DNA of 63,012 bases, counting the filler, from Thraustochytrium aureum (lineage: Eukaryota): the NCBI GenBank assembly GCA_012862495.1. It is 5 parts of 5 records of this genome, joined end to end, with 100 filler letters (N's around TTAATTAATTAA, not from the genome) between each part and the next. Parts side by side here need not be neighbours in the genome. Positions count along the whole stretch, not along the records: positions 56,571 to 60,168 come from BLSG01000408.1; positions 60,269 to 61,753 come from BLSG01000415.1; positions 61,854 to 63,012 come from BLSG01000420.1; 2 more parts are not named here. One strand, given 5' to 3'. A model generated the notes under the pieces. The model was not told where the DNA came from, did no database searches, and saw only the letters and a program-made list of their open reading frames with translations. The translations under genes were made by a program, and so were the position numbers. Shown piece by piece: positions 56,574-63,012 of this stretch (within the stretch, counting starts at the first letter, position 1; each line of letters begins with the position of its first letter).

Positions 56574-57564
56574 TCAGGCCGAGAAAAAAATGGGAGGCGA
56601 CTCTTCAGGTTCCCAGAATTCGCAGAGGTTTTCCGCAAGGCTTTCGGCAGCGGCGTTTATCCCGTTCATCTGCGTGGGGAAGAGGCGACGAAGCAAGTCC
56701 AGGTAGTTGGCTGCGACAATGTTCTCCCATTCCTCAACCGTCTGTGGGTTGGTGCTGGTGCACTCGTCACGCTTGCGCTCGAACTTGGCGATCCATTCGC
56801 TCAAACACTTCTTTCCGAGATCGGAACCTGGTCGAGAGGGTCCTTCTTGCGATCAAATTTGCCCAGGCTGAAAAACCAGAAGAGTTGCTCGAGCGCATCT
56901 GTCTCGTTGTCCCAAACTGCAGAGTCGATAGCTTTCCCCATCGCAGAGCCGCCGATGGCCCCAGTCAGACCGCCCAACAGAGAGGCGATCCCGATCGTCC
57001 AGCCCGCAGGGTTCGAAACCAGGCCGACGACCGCTGCGCTACCAGCGAGCTTCCCAAGACGCCAACCGCCGATGCGCCGAGACCGCTTGCCATTTTCTTG
57101 CGATACTCCACGATACTCCACTTGCCACGCCCGAGTTGTATCGCGCCGAACAAGAGGTCGCCTACCACGACAGCCGCCGAGACCGCGCCCGACGATTTGG
57201 CCGTCTGCTTCACCAGCAACGGGCCTCGAGCAATGAGCCCCCCTGCAACCTCGGCGCTGGGCACAAACCTCGCGGCCGCTGCACCTGCGGCGCCGCTGCT
57301 GGCCCCTATGACTGTGTTAGCCATGAGCCTAGCTGCACGGTCAGGCTGGGATTCGTGAGGGTTTCGGCTCCACAGCTCGACAGCAAGGCCAATCACGAGG
57401 GCGTGCACGCCACCAGTGAGACCGCCGGTGAATACTCGGTTCGATCTCCCTGCGACCCACTGCGCGTGCTCGAATTGCGCTAGGTTTTGCCTCATCGACA
57501 AGTCTGACATGACGTGTTGCAGCTGCGCGTTGTTCAAGTAGTTGGGAGGCAAGCGCAGGACGGC
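56574..57564 (-). CDS. Gly/Ala-rich glycine-zipper membrane protein, C-terminal part; frameshifts near 57060 and 56810, 5' end in gap
   Basis: GASSGAAGAAAA, SGAVSAAVVVG, NPAGWTIGIASLLGGLTGAIGGSAMG across consecutive frames. Confidence 0.5.
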
Positions 57565-58439
57565 NNNNNNNNNNNNNNNNNNNNNNNNNNNNNNNNNNNN
57601 NNNNNNNNNNNNNNNNNNNNNNNNNNNNNNNNNNNNNNNNNNNNNNNNNNNNNNNNNNNNNNNNNNNNNNNNNNNNNNNNNNNNNNNNNNNNNNNNNNNN
57701 NNNNNNNNNNNNNNNNNNNNNNNNNNNNNNNNNNNNNNNNNNNNNNNNNNNNNNNNNNNNNNNNNNNNNNNNNNNNNNNNNNNNNNNNNNNNNNNNNNNN
57801 NNNNNNNNNNNNNNNNNNNNNNNNNNNNNNNNNNNNNNNNNNNNNNNNNNNNNNNNNNNNNNNNNNNNNNNNNNNNNNNNNNNNNNNNNNNNNNNNNNNN
57901 NNNNNNNNNNNNNNNNNNNNNNNNNNNNNNNNNNNNNNNNNNNNNNNNNNNNNNNNNNNNNNNNNNNNNNNNNNNNNNNNNNNNNNNNNNNNNNNNNNNN
58001 NNNNNNNNNNNNNNNNNNNNNNNNNNNNNNNNNNNNNNNNNNNNNNNNNNNNNNNNNNNNNNNNNNNNNNNNNNNNNNNNNNNNNNNNNNNNNNNNNNNN
58101 NNNNNNNNNNNNNNNNNNNNNNNNNNNNNNNNNNNNNNNNNNNNNNNNNNNNNNNNNNNNNNNNNNNNNNNNNNNNNNNNNNNNNNNNNNNNNNNNNNNN
58201 NNNNNNNNNNNNNNNNNNNNNNNNNNNNNNNNNNNNNNNNNNNNNNNNNNNNNGCAAAGGCAGCTGAGCGCGTGAGAGCGCAACACCAGGGTGGTGCCGA
58301 AGGCGGCTGCTCTGGCAGATAGACTGATCATTCGACGTGAGATGAGAGTCACCGCAGGGCTGGGGTCAGTTAGGTCTCGTTCCGCAGAACAAATCCCCCC
58401 TGGGTGTCGGCCGGAAGCGCAGGTTTCATTAGTGGGTTA

Positions 58440-58583
58440 ACATCGATCAGAATAAAGGGGCAGGTCTGAGTTCACCCAAGCGAGCAGCCTCAGTGGCGCA
58501 GCGAGACGCCCCAACAAGTGCCCCGTGTTTTGCAGTGCGAAGGAAAAGCAAAGTTGGACCTGCCCCTTTATTCTGATCGATGT
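58440..58583. repeat. Perfect 27-bp inverted repeat with 90-bp spacer (MITE-like or long hairpin)
   Basis: acatcgatcagaataaaggggcaggtc (58440-58466) and gacctgcccctttattctgatcgatgt (58557-58583). Confidence 0.9.
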
Positions 58584-60212
58584 GACACGCGCTGCCTTGC
58601 CTCCTGCAGACAGAACCAACAAAACCTGAGCGTACTTGCCGCTCTCGGCTTACGCATTCGGTCTGCACCCGTGACGTGGATCGCTCCTTCTCGTTGCGTT
58701 GCGATTCTTGCGAATTCTTTCGTTTCTTGAAATTGAATGTTTAGCTCCACGGCGTCTTCTGGCAGCCTGAGGGCCATCTGGCACCCCCCTCACGTTTTGC
58801 AATTCGTTTCATCTTTCTGATGAGGTCGCGCCTCTCGCTTCCAGCCGTTGAGCAACACTCCGAGTCGATCACATCAAGCGCGTGCGTCAGGAGCCAAAGG
58901 AGGCGCATTGTGTCGACCTCCAGAGCTGGAGATGCCTTCCCGAGTACCTACTGCGTACGAAAAAGTACTGTAGGAGTCCCACCAAGGAGGACCCTCCTTG
59001 CTCCTACCTGAATGGCAACGGCAGAGCATATCCGGAGCGACTCCAGGGAAGCCGAGAGAGAGCCGGATAGCCATGTTGAAGGTCCATTCCTCGTTGGTAA
59101 ATGATGTGGTATAATTTGATAGTACTCCATGGTGTTAGAGGGTTAACTACGAGAAAGTATAGGAGTTCCGCTGCCTCCTTAGGCAGCCATGACGGACATC
59201 TCTGCTCGCGACGGAGGCCGCGTGCTGAAGAGCCCCCATTGGGTGGGTTGTTACTCTACGCGATCTTCGCTGGAGCACCTGACGCCTACCTAACTGACGG
59301 ACAGAACGTGTTCGCGATGGCGATCTTCGCTCGTTGAAAAGCGTTCGTACCTGACTCAGCAAAAGCGAGAAAGCGTTCGTTGACCTGACTCTTGCCTCAC
59401 TGATTCCTTAGGGGGCGGGAAACCATCGAAAAAGCTTTTGGTCGAGTGTCACCACCCCTTTGGGAAGACCTGGAGAAGGAGAATGTTTGCTCCGTACACG
59501 CACGGTCAGCAGTTGTTCTGGCGGAATGTATTCACACCGCGAGCCTCTTTGGCGCTGCCGACTGACGACAGAGCAGCCTCAGCCGTGACTGAGGAGTGCG
59601 CGGCAGCCTCAGCATGAATGACGCCAGGCTGCAGAATAGCATTGCAGTGCGTAGCAAGCGCTTCGGCTGGCAGCGCCATCATGATCCAGCACTTTTCATG
59701 CAGCCATCAAGGAGGATCCGCAGCACGCAGCATTTCAAGGATACCCAAGAGGGCGGAGAGTGGCTATGATCACTCTCCAAGAACGCGCCCTACCTTGCCT
59801 CGTGTTGCCTGCACAAACTCTAAAGCATTGATGCGGGCAAGCCTCGCATGGCAGAGCTGACAAGGCAGGCCGGCCGATCGAGCATTCAAACCCCCAACTC
59901 GAGCGAAGACTTGGCCTTACTCACCCTTCAACTGGCCAGCTCGCGTGTGCTGAGGAGCATCGACAGACGGGAGCTTGGACAGTCACACTTCGATTAGTGC
60001 GACACAGGCAGCGAGCGACATTGTGCACGACCAGCGGAGGCCAGCGCCCGTGTTTGCGGCTCCCGTTCGAGCACCTCGTTTGTCGACGAGTCCCGCAGAC
60101 GGTCAAATTGTGCTCTGCGCAATTGACAGCACCGACACCTCGAAATCACGCGGTCGCCGCTACGGGATNNNNNNNNNNNNNNNNNNNNNNNNNNNNNNNN
60201 NNNNNNNNNNNN

Positions 60213-60224
60213 TTAATTAATTAA
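60213..60224. other. Artificial scaffold linker TTAATTAATTAA
   Basis: Same N-padded 12-mer. Confidence 0.95.
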
Positions 60225-60268
60225 NNNNNNNNNNNNNNNNNNNNNNNNNNNNNNNNNNNNNNNNNNNN

Positions 60269-61534
60269 GCAGAACGTCAACTCGACCTCGCTGTCCTCGA
60301 CATCAAGGCGGCGTACCTACACGGTCGACTCGACGTCAACAATGTCTACACCAAAGGCATCCCAGGCCTGCAGTCACCCGACACCGTCTTACAAATCGTC
60401 GGTGCTCTTTACGGGCTGCGCGCCGCCGGACGTCTCTTCTTCGAGCACCTTGAGCGCCAACTTCTCGCTTATGCTCTCCGCGCTCTTCGGACCGAAGAGA
60501 ACGTCTACGTGTCGCCACACACCGACCTCATCATCAGCGTCTACGTGGACGACATCATGTGCATCGGCAACACGGCAGCAATTCTCGCTTTCCGTGACTT
60601 TCTCCAGGACACCTACGAGATCAAGTTCGCCATGTGCACAGCGACACATCCTGTTCGCTACATCGGGCTCTCTCTCCACCGGACTCCGTCGCTCCGGGAT
60701 GACCCGACAAGCCTGTTTCACTACAGCATTAACCAGACCGACACCCTCTCGCGTCTGCTCGAGGACACAAACACTACGTCCTCAAGGTCCACACCGTTAC
60801 CTCACTCGGTTGACCTCACGGCCCTAGACGACAGCGCACAGCTCTCGCCGGCCGACCACAAGTGGTATCAATCTATCCTCGGAAGGATCATGCACCCTGC
60901 TCACCTCTCCAGGCCGGATATCACCTTCGCGGCGAACCTCCTCGCCCGTTTCGGCACCGCTCCGCGGGCCAAACATGCCAAAGCCCTGAAGCACCTCCTA
61001 CGGTACCTTCATGGCACGAAAGAAGCCTCCCTGCGCTTCAACCCTGCAAGTGACGCACCCGCGCTGCGCACTTACACGGACGCCGATCTCGGTGGTGACA
61101 CGCAAACCCACCGTTCTACATCCGGCACTATCATCTTCTACAACGATGCTCCCATCGCTTGGTCCAGCAAGCAGCAACGTTTCGCAACCACGTCGACTTA
61201 CTACAGCGAACTCATCGCGCTCAACGTCAGCGCCGAACTCACTCTTCGCATTCGCAACTTTCTCGAAGATCTCCTTGGCACTCCTCCGCCACCGACACCG
61301 ATCTTCCTCGACGCGACAGCCGTTCTCTCAGATATCGGCACCCGACGCTGCCCGTCAAATCACACCAAGCACATCGTGCTCAAGTACCAATTCGTCCGCG
61401 ACCTGATCCGACTCCTCAAGTCAATCACCCTGCACAAGGTTCACACGACCGACAACACGGCGGATATCTTCACCAAGCCGCTCGGTCCTGATCTTCAATC
61501 ACGCCACTACAAAACCCTTTTCGCGGTGGCGTGA
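60269..61534 (+). mobile_element. Ty1/copia LTR retrotransposon pol, RT (RVT_2) + RNase H, 5'-truncated by scaffold end
   Basis: Uninterrupted frame LDIKAAYLHG...ALYGL...VYVDD...SRPDI...YTDADLGG...RSTSG...WSSKQQ...TKHI...ADIFTKPL; RNase H is terminal as in copia. Confidence 0.93.
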
Positions 61535-61797
61535 GGCGGCGGTACTCAAGGTCATCAACACTCCCGATCGACCTGGCAAGAGATCCCACACCACAACGGA
61601 TACTCAAATTTACATCACAATCAAGAAAATGGCAACCTGGGAACCTCAACAACAAGCAACCAGACTACAGCTGGCAACACATCGAACGCCCCTGTCTGGC
61701 ACACTCTTTGGACGGCAAAGCGCCACACGAAGTGGCCCCTTCCCGAGGCGGCGNNNNNNNNNNNNNNNNNNNNNNNNNNNNNNNNNNNNNNNNNNNN

Positions 61798-61809
61798 TTA
61801 ATTAATTAA
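61798..61809. other. Artificial scaffold linker TTAATTAATTAA
   Basis: Same N-padded 12-mer. Confidence 0.95.
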
Positions 61810-62082
61810 NNNNNNNNNNNNNNNNNNNNNNNNNNNNNNNNNNNNNNNNNNNNGGCACTGCCGAGCTGGCCACGGCGCAACAGGTGGAGCGCTTGAAAAA
61901 GCAGCTTGAACAAGTAGAGCGAAACTTGATGCGCCGGCTGGACGGAATGCTCCCACCAGATGGGGCCAGGGGGCCGCTGCCAAGCGCCGCCGCTTTGCAG
62001 AAAACGCCCTGCCGCTGTGATGCGATGCGACGCCCTCGGCGCAGATTCATGGACAGACGCATAACTACCAACCAGCGCGGGT

Positions 62083-62145
62083 GGCCTCGTGCGGCTCGGC
62101 CTCGTGCGGCTCGGCCTCGTGCGGCTCGGCCTCGTGCGGCTCGGC
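62083..62145. repeat. 15-bp perfect tandem repeat x4 (ggcctcgtgcggctc)
   Basis: Read directly from sequence. Confidence 0.95.
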
Positions 62146-62232
62146 TGGTTGGCCTGAAAGGGTCGTACTCAACCACTTGGTTATTTTTGCTTGCTTTCGT
62201 TGCGCTGCCATCGGCTTGCTCTACTCCTAGCT

Positions 62233-63012
62233 CTAGAAAAAGCAGACCCGCCAGGGCGTGCCGAGGTTGAACAGGGGCCGCTCAAACACGACAATGTGCT
62301 CTTGGAACACCGTCCTGGTCAGCTCGCTGTACGAAGTCGTCCGGCCTAGCACGCCCAGCGTGCCGCGCAGTGGATCGTTGAAGACCCGCGACACGAGATA
62401 GTTGGGCGGCCTCTTCCAGGTCACAAAGTTGGAGGGGAAATGGTAGTAGTAGTCCCCACCGGCCGAGTCAAACGCGACGCAGAACCGGCCCGGGTCCTGG
62501 CGCCGCTTCGCCTGCGCCAGCCGAGTCGCCAGCAGCTGCATCCGTTCGCGGCCGCCATCTGAGCCAAAGTCCGATCGCTGCACGATGCGCGCCTCTGACG
62601 GGATCGCGAGCGTGATCTGCGCGAACACGTGGCTGCTCGCCTGTGAGTTGAGCTGCACGAGGCGGGCCTGCCGCACGTCCACTTTGTCCAAGAAGCTGGT
62701 GATCTCCGTCAGCGACTGCGTCCCGGCCAAATCTGCATACGGAATCGGGTTGGCCCGAATGACGTCGCCAAAGCTCTCTGTGGCCATGTCGTAAATGTTC
62801 CGGACGTGGCCTTGGGCCAGGTTGTTGTGAAACTCGTGGAAAATGGCCTTGGCCGACGTCACAAAGCTCTGGGGCGTGATCGAGGCGTCCGCTCGGCGGA
62901 TCGCGGCCATCGCGCGGGCGGTCTTGAGGTTGTTGCCCAGCCGAAGCCTCTTCTTCGCGCGCCACCCGCGGCTCAGCAGGCGCAGATCGTCCTCTTCCGC
63001 AAACACTTCCGG
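62233..63012 (-). CDS. Tim44-domain protein, mL45/Mba1-like, with WW-like insertion; 5' end beyond window
   Basis: FVTSAKAIF, FAQITL, EHIVVFERPL...WRV follow the mL45/Tim44 pattern. Confidence 0.65.
   Translation of the reverse strand, partial: PEVFAEEDDLRLLSRGWRAKKRLRLGNNLKTARAMAAIRRADASITPQSFVTSAKAIFHEFHNNLAQGHVRNIYDMATESFGDVIRANPIPYADLAGTQSLTEITSFLDKVDVRQARLVQLNSQASSHVFAQITLAIPSEARIVQRSDFGSDGGRERMQLLATRLAQAKRRQDPGRFCVAFDSAGGDYYYHFPSNFVTWKRPPNYLVSRVFNDPLRGTLGVLGRTTSYSELTRTVFQEHIVVFERPLFNLGTPWRVCFF

Noticed and set aside
14340..57100. About ten frameshifts as programmed recoding or pseudogenes (15115, 15850, 30905, 32644, 37843, 40152, 46676, 55570, 56810, 57060)
   Set aside because: Most fall at short G/C/A homopolymers, some in conserved genes (MCC alpha, VWA8) with no other decay; best explained as sequencing indels
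61854..62060. Coiled-coil-like fragment VERLKKQLEQVERNLMRRL at scaffold start
   Set aside because: Too short and truncated to call a product

Overview
GC-rich, gene-dense, intron-poor eukaryotic DNA from a draft assembly. The style (few introns, CCTG microsatellites, stramenopile-type class C GPCR) suggests a thraustochytrid/labyrinthulomycete-like protist, which is inference only. The window is five unrelated scaffold pieces joined by artificial N-TTAATTAATTAA-N linkers (about 1-31251, 31353-56470, 56571-60168, 60269-61753, 61854-63012). It has many internal gaps and about ten single-base frameshifts, mostly at short homopolymers, which look like sequencing errors. Recognisable genes: a beta-propeller surface protein, a BMP-domain class C GPCR, NAF1, class II fumarase, a sulfite-oxidase-family molybdoenzyme, a CocE/NonD hydrolase, an SMS/IPC-synthase-like enzyme, a CRAL-TRIO protein, PRIM1, a DH-PH-FYVE-DH-PH RhoGEF, a P1B-5-like ATPase, MCC alpha, a CMD/AhpD protein, a CNNM transporter, VWA8, an AAAP transporter, a triple-SH3 protein, a CAAX-ending GTPase-like protein, a C2-PH-ankyrin protein, a Ty1/copia pol fragment and a Tim44/mL45-like protein. 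The most unusual signal is a non-coding stretch of about 290 nt (51355-51641) that folds by eye into a nested multi-helix RNA with many G-U pairs on the + strand. It lies between a pyrimidine tract and an A-rich tract, possibly inside an intron, and partly resembles cobalamin-riboswitch motifs.
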